Part shown: piece by piece, positions 31,325 to 41,391 of the stretch
Position numbering within the stretch: the first letter of the stretch is position 1
How the letters are laid out: every line of letters starts with the position of its first letter
Assembly (NCBI GenBank): GCA_965238175.1
Contig: CBDEGZ010000003.1
Coordinates: forward strand, 160,001-224,000
DNA length: 64,000 nt
Direction of reading: 5' to 3'
From: Gammaproteobacteria bacterium
Lineage (GTDB): Bacteria; Pseudomonadota; Gammaproteobacteria; CAJXQU01
Translations under genes and position numbers: made by a program
The notes under the pieces: model-generated
The model's database searches: none
Seen by the model: only the letters and a program-made list of their open reading frames with translations
Told to the model about the DNA's origin: nothing

Positions 31325-31480
31325 ATGAAGCCAGCAACCGCAACGTTTATTATGTTTATTGTTATTGTGCTGTGTGGGTATGTAGTAAGCCATGCTCAGG
31401 GGACGATGAAAATGGCCGCTTTTATGGTTGGTATCGCAGCCACGGGTATCTGTTTCTACCTCTATTGGCGTGAACGATGA
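31325..31480 (+). CDS. Small two-TM membrane protein (51 aa)
   Basis: RBS AAAGGAG then MKPATATF; two hydrophobic helices; stop overlaps the next start. Confidence 0.55.
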   Translation: MKPATATFIMFIVIVLCGYVVSHAQGTMKMAAFMVGIAATGICFYLYWRER

Positions 31481-32118
31481 ACATGTCTACTGAAGAATGG
31501 CTGGTATTCATTACTGCTTGTAGCCTGTTAAATATTGCTCCTGGCCCTGACACTATATACATTACCAGTCGAACTATTGCTCAAGGGAAAATGAGTGGTT
31601 TTATATCCGCTCTTGGTGTTTGTAGTGGTGCTATGCTTCATGCTCTGGCAGCTGGAATTGGCTTGTCACTGATACTAACAACTTCTGTACTCGCCTTTAA
31701 TATGATCAAATGGCTAGGTGCGATCTACTTTATCTATCTAGGTTATAAAGCCATCTGCGGTAATCACCTTTCTTCAAACATGTCCCGACCGTCAGAAGTT
31801 GTTATGACTTTGGATTATAAAAAGATCTACCTTCAAGGTGTTTTGGTAGATCTACTTAATCCTAAAACCGCCCTATTCTTTTTAGCCTTTATCCCGCAAT
31901 TCATTGATACTCAGCGTGGCCCTCAATTGGCACAGTTCCTGACCCTTGGCCTTGTTGTCATAATCAATGCTTTGATTATTGAATATACCCTGATTATATT
32001 TGCAGAAAAACTGTCACTCGCTTTACGACGAAACCACAAAATAGCTCGCCGACTGGAAACGGGTATGGGCATAGTTATGGTCGCATTGGGACTACGTCTC
32101 GCACGCCAAGAATTATAA
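31477..32118 (+). CDS. LysE/RhtB family exporter
   Basis: APGPD, KWLGAIYFIYLG, LLNPKTALFFLAFIPQFI. Confidence 0.92.
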   Translation: MNMSTEEWLVFITACSLLNIAPGPDTIYITSRTIAQGKMSGFISALGVCSGAMLHALAAGIGLSLILTTSVLAFNMIKWLGAIYFIYLGYKAICGNHLSSNMSRPSEVVMTLDYKKIYLQGVLVDLLNPKTALFFLAFIPQFIDTQRGPQLAQFLTLGLVVIINALIIEYTLIIFAEKLSLALRRNHKIARRLETGMGIVMVALGLRLARQEL

Positions 32119-32158
32119 GAAAATTATTTAAAACAGATCAAAAAAAATTTTAACTTCC

Positions 32159-32773
32159 TTACAAACTTTCTTCAACTCGATATCCATATTCTATCGCTGC
32201 ATGTGTAATCACTTCAAAGAAGCTCTGTCCAAAAGAGCGAGCAATATAAATATCAAATTGATCATTGCTTAAGCAATGGATTATTGCATTCATATGAAAC
32301 AGGCTTGTTGTGCGAACATCATCTGGATTGAAATATCCCTCGTCTAAATCCAACATTGTCCCTTTGCGTAAGACATTTCTAGCTTCTGGACCTTCTATTC
32401 GTAATACACAACGACTATGGCTTTGATCTGTAATTGCAGCAACGTCTTCACTCACAACATTACGAATTACGGCTTCAAGATCAGAAGTTTCCTTCTCAAC
32501 GATCAGCCAGCGATCAGGTCCTAACCATAGTGAAGATGTCGTTTTTGATTGGCTTGATTTACATGCTGTTCGATCAAGTTTCAAACTAATACTTCCTTCA
32601 AGTGCAGCCGTTAAAACATCAACTTGATCTTCCCAGGCAGCAATTTGTACCATAGATAAATCAGTCCGAGCAGTGATTGTTACACCCGGTTGATTATTTC
32701 TGATTTCACCAAAATCCCCAGTTTCATAACTTTCAGTTAAAACTGCTCTACGTTTTGTTATTGTTTCAACCAT
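32159..32773 (-). CDS. soxG: Sarcosine oxidase / N-methylglutamate dehydrogenase gamma subunit
   Basis: LWLGPDRWLI, DQSHSR, ARSFG; operon position. Confidence 0.85.
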   Translation of the reverse strand: MVETITKRRAVLTESYETGDFGEIRNNQPGVTITARTDLSMVQIAAWEDQVDVLTAALEGSISLKLDRTACKSSQSKTTSSLWLGPDRWLIVEKETSDLEAVIRNVVSEDVAAITDQSHSRCVLRIEGPEARNVLRKGTMLDLDEGYFNPDDVRTTSLFHMNAIIHCLSNDQFDIYIARSFGQSFFEVITHAAIEYGYRVEESL

Positions 32774-35762
32774 GGAGTCGCTCTCCTTTAGGATCGACGA
32801 AGATGGGTGATACCACCTTCATTGGTACCGTAATATTCTGTAATGGAAAACTCATTTGCACAGTCTTGTTTTTCCAGGCATCTAACCCGCCTTTGATCAA
32901 GCCAAGTCCTATTGGGTGATTATGCTCTACACAAAACCCAGTGGAAGTGATATGTCCTAACATCTCAACGGGAATTTCCGCATTCGCATCCAATACAACT
33001 TGTGATCCCGGTTTTAAAGCGCTAACCCCATCTACAGGCACGAAACCGACAAACTTCTTGCGATCCTCAACTGTTAACTGTTCTCTATAAGCAAGTGGTT
33101 TTCCGACAAATTCTTTTTTCTTCGACATCATCATTCCTAAACCTAAATCATTGGCCGTGGTACGTCCGTCAATTTCTGGTCCAGCAACATGACCTTTTTC
33201 AATACGCATATTCCCTAACGTTTCAGTACCGTATGGAACAATATTAAAGTCCTGTCCTGCCTCATAGATCTGCTCCCAGACATAGCGGCCATAGTCACAA
33301 GGAACATTTAATTCGAAAGCTAATTCACCTGAAAAAGAGATACGGAATAAGCGACATTTTGGAATACCAGCAGCAACACATTCAGACGCACCCATAAACG
33401 GAAATGCTTCATTGGAAATATCCAGATCAACTATCTTTTCAAGTACTTTTCGTGCGTTCGGCCCAGCGACGGCCATCGCTGCCCACTGTTCAGTTACACT
33501 AGTTACTTTAACGCGCAAATCCGGCCAAACAGCTTGTAAATAAAACTCTAAGTTTGACATCACCTTAACTGCATTAGCTGTTGTGGTGGTCATTACGAAA
33601 TGGTTTTCACTAAGTCGTGAGGTAGTTCCATCATCGTAGACCATGCCATCTTCACGTAGCATCATGCCGTAACGTGCTTTGCCTATTGCAAGTTTTTTCC
33701 AGTGATTGATATACATTCGCTCAAGTAACTCAGCAGAATCTGGACCTTGTATATCGATTTTACCTAGCGTGGTTACATCACAAATACCGACAGATCCTCG
33801 AGCACATTTAGTTTCACGAATAAAAGCATCACGAACGGTCTCTTTACCCTGAGGGTAATGTCGAGGTCGACGCCAGATTCCGGCATCTATCCACTCACAG
33901 CCATGTTCTTCATGCCAGGAATCCATTGCAGTACGACGGATCGGCATAAAATGTTCACTGATCTCTGCACCACCGAGCGCGCCCAAAGAGACTGGTGTAT
34001 ATGGAGGTCGAAAAGTAGTATGGCCAGTTTCAGGTATAGAACACCCTTTAGCATCGGCCATAATCGCCATACCGGAGACGTTGGATGTTTTACCCTGATC
34101 TGTTCCCATACCGAGCGTGGTATATCGCTTTAAATGTTCGACAGAAATATAGCCTTCTCGGTGAGCAAGTTTAATATCGCTTACTGCAACATCATCTTGA
34201 TGATCAACAAACTTCTTAGGATGACCAGACTGCGGATCAGGTGATTCCCATACAGGTTGATAAGTCGCCTCAGATACATCATTCGTAGTTGGTGTTGCTG
34301 GAACCTCTACAGCAAACCCAGCAGCAGTTGCCGCTTCAGCACCTGCAGTGAATCCTTCTTTCAAACAATCTTTAAGCGCAAAATTTCCTTGTGCAGCACC
34401 GGCAGATCTTTCAGCTTGCTTTGATTGTCCCGGGACGAACATATTCCGTTTATCATCCCAAGTAGTTTTACCACCCGACTGGCTAAATAAATGTAGAGCA
34501 GGTGCCCAACCATTCGACATCGCGACTACATCACACTCAATTGTCAAATTGTTCTGCGAATTGATGTCCATGACTTCAACGCTCTTCACACCATCCGCAT
34601 TTCCCTTCGCATCTACTACGACATGTCCCTGGATAATACGCATCCCATGTTCTTGAACAGCTGCAGCGTAAGCTGATTTTTCCTGTCGAGAATCTACAAT
34701 TGCTTCTACTCGGACACCAGCGGTTGCTAAGTCAATAGCAGTACGATATGCATCATCGCAACTGGTGTAGATCACAGCTTTTTCACCCGGTGCTACGCCA
34801 TACTCATTTACATAGGCACGTACAGCGCCAGCCAGCATAATATTTGGTCGATCATTATTTCCGAACACCATCGGCTGTTCATGCGATCCTGTTGCAAAGA
34901 CAACTTGTTCTGCCTGAATATTCCACATTCGCTGACGCGGTTTATGCTCAGTTGGTATTGGAAGGTGATCACAAACTCTCTCTACGCAACCAACCATATT
35001 ATGATCGTAATAACCGAAGGCAGTTGTTCTGGTGAGAATTTGAACATTCTCCATTGCTTCAAGTTGATCAATCGTTTGATTGATCCATTCAATGGCTGGT
35101 TTTCCATCAACCTGGTATGTCTCACGGCGTAATTGACCACCCAAATCTGGGCGCTCATCGACCAATATAACACGTGCGCCACTGGCCGCAGCAGATTTTG
35201 CAGCGGCCAATCCGGTTGGACCAGCACCAATGATCAAAACTTCGCAATGACGACTCATATGATCATACTGATCAGGATCGGCTAATTTAGACGCGGTTCC
35301 CATGCCAGCAGATTTTCGAATGATATCTTCAAACCACATCCACAATTTCGTATTACGGAATGGACCCATAAACGTTTTGTAGTAGAAACCAGCTGGCAAG
35401 AAATTCTTTATATAGTCATTCACCTGTTGGGGATCGCTGCGAAGACTTCTCCCACGGTTTTGACTCTCGGCAACCAGTCCATCAAACAACTCTACGACTG
35501 TGGCCCTGGTGTTCGGTTCTTGTCTGTTACCTTCACGCAAATGCACCATTGCATTTGGTTCTTCTGAACCTGCGGAAAATATACCCCGAGGCCGATGATA
35601 TTTAAAACTACGACCAACAAGTTTCACATCATTCGCGAGCAGTGCAGAAGCCAGCGTATCGCCTTGATAGCCGGTATATTCTTTACCATCAAAATAAAAT
35701 TGAAGCGGCTTATCACGATCAATAAAACCGCCTTTACCTAATCTATTTGTTTGAGATGTCAT
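32766..35762 (-). CDS. soxA: Sarcosine oxidase / N-methylglutamate dehydrogenase alpha subunit
   Basis: GDTLASALLAN, RSFKYHRPRG, KRYTTLGMGTDQGK, GcvT-like C-terminus. Confidence 0.92.
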   Translation of the reverse strand: MTSQTNRLGKGGFIDRDKPLQFYFDGKEYTGYQGDTLASALLANDVKLVGRSFKYHRPRGIFSAGSEEPNAMVHLREGNRQEPNTRATVVELFDGLVAESQNRGRSLRSDPQQVNDYIKNFLPAGFYYKTFMGPFRNTKLWMWFEDIIRKSAGMGTASKLADPDQYDHMSRHCEVLIIGAGPTGLAAAKSAAASGARVILVDERPDLGGQLRRETYQVDGKPAIEWINQTIDQLEAMENVQILTRTTAFGYYDHNMVGCVERVCDHLPIPTEHKPRQRMWNIQAEQVVFATGSHEQPMVFGNNDRPNIMLAGAVRAYVNEYGVAPGEKAVIYTSCDDAYRTAIDLATAGVRVEAIVDSRQEKSAYAAAVQEHGMRIIQGHVVVDAKGNADGVKSVEVMDINSQNNLTIECDVVAMSNGWAPALHLFSQSGGKTTWDDKRNMFVPGQSKQAERSAGAAQGNFALKDCLKEGFTAGAEAATAAGFAVEVPATPTTNDVSEATYQPVWESPDPQSGHPKKFVDHQDDVAVSDIKLAHREGYISVEHLKRYTTLGMGTDQGKTSNVSGMAIMADAKGCSIPETGHTTFRPPYTPVSLGALGGAEISEHFMPIRRTAMDSWHEEHGCEWIDAGIWRRPRHYPQGKETVRDAFIRETKCARGSVGICDVTTLGKIDIQGPDSAELLERMYINHWKKLAIGKARYGMMLREDGMVYDDGTTSRLSENHFVMTTTTANAVKVMSNLEFYLQAVWPDLRVKVTSVTEQWAAMAVAGPNARKVLEKIVDLDISNEAFPFMGASECVAAGIPKCRLFRISFSGELAFELNVPCDYGRYVWEQIYEAGQDFNIVPYGTETLGNMRIEKGHVAGPEIDGRTTANDLGLGMMMSKKKEFVGKPLAYREQLTVEDRKKFVGFVPVDGVSALKPGSQVVLDANAEIPVEMLGHITSTGFCVEHNHPIGLGLIKGGLDAWKNKTVQMSFPLQNITVPMKVVSPIFVDPKGERLHG

Positions 35763-36040
35763 TGCTGCTCTCCTTCCAACATCGCGTCTGCCGGGCCAGT
35801 GGCCAGTACCTCATGAGTCAACGTGTCTCGTCTGACTTTTACCCACTGACGACAACCGTTTACGTGATGCCAATATTCCAGATGTGGCCCAATCGGGTTG
35901 TCTCGTTGATAAACATAATCAACCCATTCAGCTTGACTAGTACTTGGTGAATCGTCTGGACGTTTGTTTATTGCATCTCCACCATAGGTAAACTCATTCA
36001 TGTTTCGTTCACCACACCAGGGACAATTAATTCGAATCAT
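35759..36040 (-). CDS. soxD: Sarcosine oxidase delta subunit
   Basis: CPWCGER..EF.YGG, EYWHHVNGCRQW..RDT. Confidence 0.92.
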   Translation of the reverse strand: MIRINCPWCGERNMNEFTYGGDAINKRPDDSPSTSQAEWVDYVYQRDNPIGPHLEYWHHVNGCRQWVKVRRDTLTHEVLATGPADAMLEGEQQ

Positions 36041-36055
36041 TACAGTTCTCCATTC

Positions 36056-37315
36056 CTAGTGTAATTCTGGCGCTGGACCCACGCCTTTTTCATCAATAAG
36101 ATACCCACGTTCAAATCGGTTGAGCGTGAATCCTTCATTTAATTTATGTGGTTGATCTTGTGCAATAGTATGCGCAAAACACCAGCCAGCAGCAGGTACA
36201 GCTTTAAACCCGCCATAACACCAACCAGCATTGAGATATAAACCTTCAGTTGAGGTTTTGCTAATGATCGGGCTACCGTCCATCGACATATCCATCACCC
36301 CTGCCCAGTGACGCAACAAGCGTATGCGGCCTATCGAAGGCATTAGCGCCATGCCTGACTGCAATACATGATTAACCATCGGTAGATTCCCTCTTTGAGC
36401 ATAAGAGTTATACCCATCCAGGTCCCCACCAAAGACTAGACCACCTTTATCTGATTGACTGACATAAAAATGTCCAGCCCCGAAAGTACAGACTGTATCG
36501 ATAAAGGGCTTTAATGGCTCCGAGACCATCGCTTGTAGCTTATGACTTTCTATAGGTAATCTGTGAATACCAGCAAGATCACAAACTGGGCCAGAGTTAC
36601 CGGCAACCGAAATACCGATTTTTTTAGCCTTAATCGATCCACGAGTCGTTTGTACACCTTGCACCTTGCCGTCCTGGATATCGAAGCCAGTAACTTCACA
36701 GTTCTGTAATAGATCAACACCGAGCTGATCTGCTGCTCTGGCATATCCCCATGCAACGGCATCATGCCTTGCAGTACCGGCACGTGGTTGTTGTAACCCC
36801 CCATAGACGGGAAAACGAGCCTTATCCGAATAATCCAACATAGGAAGTTGTTCTTTGACTTCTTCACGGCTTAGTAGCTCAGCATCAATGCCATTTAACC
36901 GCATTGCATTGCCACGTCTTGCAAAAGCATCCATCTGTGCGTTTGAATGACCAACATTGATAATCCCACGTTGCGAAAACATGACGTTATAATTAATTTC
37001 CTGAGCTAATGCTTCCCATAACTTCATGCTATGTTCATAGAAATGCGCATTATCTTCTAACATGTAGTTGGAACGTACTATCGTTGTATTGCGCCCGATA
37101 TTACCCCCGCCCAGATAACCTTTTTCACAGACCGCAATATTTGTCATCCCATGCATTTTTGCAAGGTAGTAAGCTGTTGCTAACCCATGTCCACCACCAC
37201 CTATAATGACTGCGTCATATTCTTTTTTCGGTTCTGGATCACGCCAAGCACGCTCCCAGTGTTTTTGTCCAGTCAGCCCACCTTTAAGGACTTCTAAAAC
37301 CGAGTACCGGCTCAT
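36056..37315 (-). CDS. soxB: Sarcosine oxidase / N-methylglutamate dehydrogenase beta subunit
   Basis: GGGGHGLATAYYLA, GRNTTIVRSNY, ARHDAVAWGYA; start MSRYS at 37315 after GGAGG. Confidence 0.92.
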   Translation of the reverse strand: MSRYSVLEVLKGGLTGQKHWERAWRDPEPKKEYDAVIIGGGGHGLATAYYLAKMHGMTNIAVCEKGYLGGGNIGRNTTIVRSNYMLEDNAHFYEHSMKLWEALAQEINYNVMFSQRGIINVGHSNAQMDAFARRGNAMRLNGIDAELLSREEVKEQLPMLDYSDKARFPVYGGLQQPRAGTARHDAVAWGYARAADQLGVDLLQNCEVTGFDIQDGKVQGVQTTRGSIKAKKIGISVAGNSGPVCDLAGIHRLPIESHKLQAMVSEPLKPFIDTVCTFGAGHFYVSQSDKGGLVFGGDLDGYNSYAQRGNLPMVNHVLQSGMALMPSIGRIRLLRHWAGVMDMSMDGSPIISKTSTEGLYLNAGWCYGGFKAVPAAGWCFAHTIAQDQPHKLNEGFTLNRFERGYLIDEKGVGPAPELH

Positions 37316-37507
37316 GACATTAATGCCTCCACAGACACAAGGCTGATATATATGTATCAACCCTTTATTGAAATTAATAGTGTGAACATTTGTTGACCAG
37401 ATTTCTGGCACAATTACATTCTCACTCAATAATAAGCGTAATGAATTAATTCGATCGAGGAAATACCCTTTCGGTAATACACCTTAAGGAGCGTATTTCT
37501 GATCCAG

Positions 37508-37540
37508 AAAAAAGCCGACTTATAAATAAGCCGGCTTTCT
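37508..37540 (-). terminator. Intrinsic terminator after the mgs operon
   Basis: AAAAAAGCCGACTTAT-aa-ATAAGCCGGCTTT; T-run on the minus strand. Confidence 0.75.
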
Positions 37541-37567
37541 ACCACTTCTTAAAAACTCAGAAATTAA

Positions 37568-37960
37568 CTAACTGAATTTTTCATAGGCCTTTCTTAAATC
37601 AACCATTGGATGGTTAGGTGCCATTTGAAATTTAACCAACAGTTCACGGGCAATCATGTCCCGATCCTGCTGATTGTCTGGTAGTTCAATATCTTCTGGT
37701 ACTGTTACCCAACCATTGATATTTCGATCAAAAACTGCGGCACGGTTTTCTTCATAACCCATGTGCACATCTTCCAACCAATTAAGATCTTTCCAACCCA
37801 TTATCTCAATATATTTTTTCAAAAATGGTGTACAAAGATCCATATCAGGGACAAGGTTTACATCGTAACGATAACCAATGTGCTGACCGATCGTTTTCTC
37901 TCGCTCACTATCAAGACCATCAGAGTCCATGAATTGATCAATATTTTTATCTTCAGACAT
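37568..37960 (-). CDS. Hypothetical protein in the mgs operon
   Basis: Good RBS (AAGGAG), co-oriented, protein-like composition. Confidence 0.75.
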   Translation of the reverse strand: MSEDKNIDQFMDSDGLDSEREKTIGQHIGYRYDVNLVPDMDLCTPFLKKYIEIMGWKDLNWLEDVHMGYEENRAAVFDRNINGWVTVPEDIELPDNQQDRDMIARELLVKFQMAPNHPMVDLRKAYEKFS

Positions 37961-37970
37961 AATTAACTCC

Positions 37971-39323
37971 TTAGAATCGTGTCATGTCGGGACGACCGAC
38001 TGTATGTTGAGATCCCGCCATAGGTACTTGAGCACAAGCTGAAGCTTCCATGGTTAATGCTGCCAGATCCTCTGGTTCCAATGAATGCACATTCGTTTTA
38101 CCGCAAGCACGGGCAAACAATTGCGCTTCAATCGTCAGCGTATGCAGGAAGTTATAGACTCGGACAGCTGCTTCATCAGGATCTAGACGCTTACGCAGCT
38201 CTGGATCTTGTGTCGCAACACCCACTGGACAACGGCCAGTATGACAGTGATAACAATGGCCTGCTTCAACGCCCATTTCATTTTCGAAATCAGCTTCAGG
38301 GATATCTTTATTGCAGTTCAAGGCCATTAATGCTGAATGACCAATTGCCACCGCATCAGCACCTAAAGCAATCGCTTTTGCAAGATCAGCACCGTTACGA
38401 ATACCACCAGCGTAAACCAGTGAAATCTTACCTGACATACCCACATCATCAAGTGCTTGACGCGCTTGTCTGATAGCTGCAATACCTGGCACACCTGTTT
38501 CTTCCGTTGCAAGGTGAGGGCCTGCACCAGTACCACCTTCCATGCCATCTATGTAGATAGAATCAGGTCCTGTTTTAGCTGCCATACGCACATCATCATA
38601 AACACGTGCTGCGCCTAGTTTCAGCTGGATCGGAATTTGCCAATCCGTCGCTTCACGGATTTCCTGAATTTTTAAAGCCAGATCATCTGGCCCCAACCAA
38701 TCAGGATGCCTTGCTGGAGATCGTTGATCAATACCAGCAGGTAATGAACGCATCTCAGCAACTTGATCCGTTACTTTCTGACCCATTAAATGTCCACCGA
38801 GGCCTACTTTACAACCTTGACCGATGAAGAATTCTACTGCGTCAGCTAACCGTAAATGGTTCGGGTTAAAACCATAACGCGATTGGATACATTGGTAGAA
38901 CCATTTTCCTGAATAACGTCTTTCATCAGGGATCATGCCGCCTTCACCAGAACACGTTGCTGTTCCAGCCATAGTTGCACCACGAGCTAAAGCAGTTTTA
39001 GCTTCGTAACTTAACGCACCGAAACTCATACCTGTAATATAAACAGGAATATCAAGTTCTAATGGTCGTTTACACTCTGGACCAATCACTGTTTTGGTTA
39101 GACATTTTTCACGATATCCTTCAATAACAAATCGCGTTAATGTCCCCGGCATAAATGTCAAGTCATCCCACGTTGGGATCTTTTTGAATAACGAGAATCC
39201 ACGCATCCGATATCGACCAAGTTCTGACTTGATATGGATATCATCAATAACATGCGGTGGAAAAATAAAGCTGTCACCTAAGTAATAGGGATCTCTCTTT
39301 GGCTTATTTGAATTTTCACTCAT
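37971..39323 (-). CDS. FMN-binding glutamate synthase-domain protein (N-methylglutamate synthase MgsC/GlxD-like)
   Basis: GMSFGALS, GEGGM, GQGCKVGLGGHL, CYHCHTGRCPVGVATQDP. Confidence 0.85.
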   Translation of the reverse strand: MSENSNKPKRDPYYLGDSFIFPPHVIDDIHIKSELGRYRMRGFSLFKKIPTWDDLTFMPGTLTRFVIEGYREKCLTKTVIGPECKRPLELDIPVYITGMSFGALSYEAKTALARGATMAGTATCSGEGGMIPDERRYSGKWFYQCIQSRYGFNPNHLRLADAVEFFIGQGCKVGLGGHLMGQKVTDQVAEMRSLPAGIDQRSPARHPDWLGPDDLALKIQEIREATDWQIPIQLKLGAARVYDDVRMAAKTGPDSIYIDGMEGGTGAGPHLATEETGVPGIAAIRQARQALDDVGMSGKISLVYAGGIRNGADLAKAIALGADAVAIGHSALMALNCNKDIPEADFENEMGVEAGHCYHCHTGRCPVGVATQDPELRKRLDPDEAAVRVYNFLHTLTIEAQLFARACGKTNVHSLEPEDLAALTMEASACAQVPMAGSQHTVGRPDMTRF

Positions 39324-39344
39324 TGATATTTCCTCTATCTGTGC

Positions 39345-40184
39345 CTAGAGCACGAGTTTTTTCTCTGAAGGTTCAAGATTATCGTAGTTCCATAGTTGTT
39401 TGCCGGATACGATCTTGACCATGTTTTCAACGCCATTCTTTGGCTCGATACCATACAGTGCAAACTTAGATTTCAACCAGTTCACATCTCTGTCAGTCAT
39501 GTCTTCTTCAACTGCATCGACACCAAGATCTGCGATCTTGCCACCAACATAAATAGTACCGTCATACATGGAGTCACCAAGATTTTTACCAGCGTCACCA
39601 CAAATAACCATGCGGCCACGTTGCATCATGAACCCACTGAAAGCACCGGTTCGGCCACCGACAATAATGGTCCCACCTTTTTGATCGATACCTGTACGTG
39701 CACCAACATCTCCGCGGCAGACCAAATCACCGCCACGAATCGCAGCGCCGAAAGTACCACCTGCGTTTTTCTCGATTAATACCGTACCGGCCATCATGTT
39801 TTCAGCGCATGACCAACCAACTCGGCCATCAATATGTACGTTTGGACCGTCAATCAAACCAACACCAAAGTATCCAACACTACCTTTGATATTTAAGTTC
39901 AAACGATTGAGAATACCGACACCAACACCATGCTTACCCATTGGATTGTGCAAAGTGATTGTTCCAACACCCTCTTTCATCAAATCACGGATCTTGACGT
40001 TTATCTCTGTTACGGACATATTCGTCGCATCAAACTCTGACGCTTTGTCGAAATCAACTTCGTATCCATATGGATAGGTGAAGTTTTCTTCAGCAGTGGC
40101 AGAAAAAAACGTCTGCTGCGTTCGACCCGCCAACGTTTCACCATGCATTCCCATTTCATGGGATTTTTGATCTAGATTTCCCAT
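39345..40184 (-). CDS. GXGXG-domain protein (MgsB/GlxC-like)
   Basis: Beta-helix GxxG repeats: AENMMAG, GARTGIDQKGG, GFMMQRG, GDSMYDG. Confidence 0.85.
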   Translation of the reverse strand: MGNLDQKSHEMGMHGETLAGRTQQTFFSATAEENFTYPYGYEVDFDKASEFDATNMSVTEINVKIRDLMKEGVGTITLHNPMGKHGVGVGILNRLNLNIKGSVGYFGVGLIDGPNVHIDGRVGWSCAENMMAGTVLIEKNAGGTFGAAIRGGDLVCRGDVGARTGIDQKGGTIIVGGRTGAFSGFMMQRGRMVICGDAGKNLGDSMYDGTIYVGGKIADLGVDAVEEDMTDRDVNWLKSKFALYGIEPKNGVENMVKIVSGKQLWNYDNLEPSEKKLVL

Positions 40185-41110
40185 ACTCGCACCTCTCCTT
40201 CATATGGATCAAAAGTATCAATTTCATGAGGGAAAATACTTCTGATCGCTATTTCTTCAGAACCCAAACCAACAAATTCGTCACTCTCATAAACCACCAT
40301 CGGTTTAGCCGCCATGACGTCTTTTGCCATACCTAATTTGTCACCTGTAGCAACTAAATAAGTAAACACGCCATCTAGATATTCAACTGAATTATTCATC
40401 GACTCTTCTAGACTTTCACCACGATCCATTCGATCTGCGAGATACACCGCAATTAGTTCTGAATCACAGTTAGACATAAAACGATGACCACGGCGTTCAA
40501 GATCCCGACGATTTGTCCAGTAGTTAGTCAATTGACCATTATGTACAACAGACACATCGCTAAATGGGTAAGCCCAATATGGGTGAGCAGACCGTATATC
40601 AACATCCGATTCTGTCGCCATACGAGTATGTCCAATCGCATGCGTGCCGTTAAAATTATCTAATCCATATTGATCAGAAACAGTTGTTGCATCGCCGAGA
40701 TCTTTTATAAGTTCTAGCGCTTTTCCTATCGACAATATTTCTACGCCATCTAGATCTTCAACATAATCGGCAAGCTTTTTCATATCGCCATCGTATTCAA
40801 TCGTATATCGATGCGCATAGATAGTTGGTGAATCTTCCCCAACGATTTTCACGCCTAACTCATTCAAACGCTCATCAACAGATTGCTTCCGTTGTTTAAT
40901 TTCTTCATGTATATCAAATCCATTCTCCACTGCAGCTTGTTCAGCAACAATGAAGCGTATGGTGTAATGGTTCTCTTTAGCAGAGCTTCCGTAAAGAGCA
41001 AAACCTGTTGAATCAGGCCCTCTATGTTTCAATGCTTGAAGCATAGAGGTCATTTCCTGCCCAATGTTCGAGTCCTGCTTCTTCCAGATTAATCCGGCTA
41101 TTCCGCACAT
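40172..41110 (-). CDS. Class II glutamine amidotransferase (MgsA/GlxB-like)
   Basis: N-terminal MCGIAG, HRGPDSTG, GHTRMATES, HNGQLTNY, DSE. Confidence 0.87.
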   Translation of the reverse strand: MCGIAGLIWKKQDSNIGQEMTSMLQALKHRGPDSTGFALYGSSAKENHYTIRFIVAEQAAVENGFDIHEEIKQRKQSVDERLNELGVKIVGEDSPTIYAHRYTIEYDGDMKKLADYVEDLDGVEILSIGKALELIKDLGDATTVSDQYGLDNFNGTHAIGHTRMATESDVDIRSAHPYWAYPFSDVSVVHNGQLTNYWTNRRDLERRGHRFMSNCDSELIAVYLADRMDRGESLEESMNNSVEYLDGVFTYLVATGDKLGMAKDVMAAKPMVVYESDEFVGLGSEEIAIRSIFPHEIDTFDPYEGEVRVWEI

Positions 41111-41391
41111 TTCGTATAGTCTCCTATAAACAACCCCACAGTAAGCTGCAGGGAATTGCTAATAAATTACCTTCGGATCTAACAAACCCTTGGGCAACAT
41201 TTCTTTTCTCACGTGGCAAGCCATTGAGAATTGTTCCTTTAGAGATTAGGAATTAATCAATAATATGTATCCAGATCCTGACCGACCACGTTATGACTAA
41301 ACTTCTCCAATTATCACTTCCCAGAATGCTTTTTAAACATCTGTATTACTGTACCAGCACGATGGATATGTGCCGGTTTAGATACGAACAA

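Noticed and set aside
37971-41110. Fragmented gltB pseudogene
   Set aside because: Three intact ORFs with their own starts match the natural three-subunit Mgs/Glx arrangement
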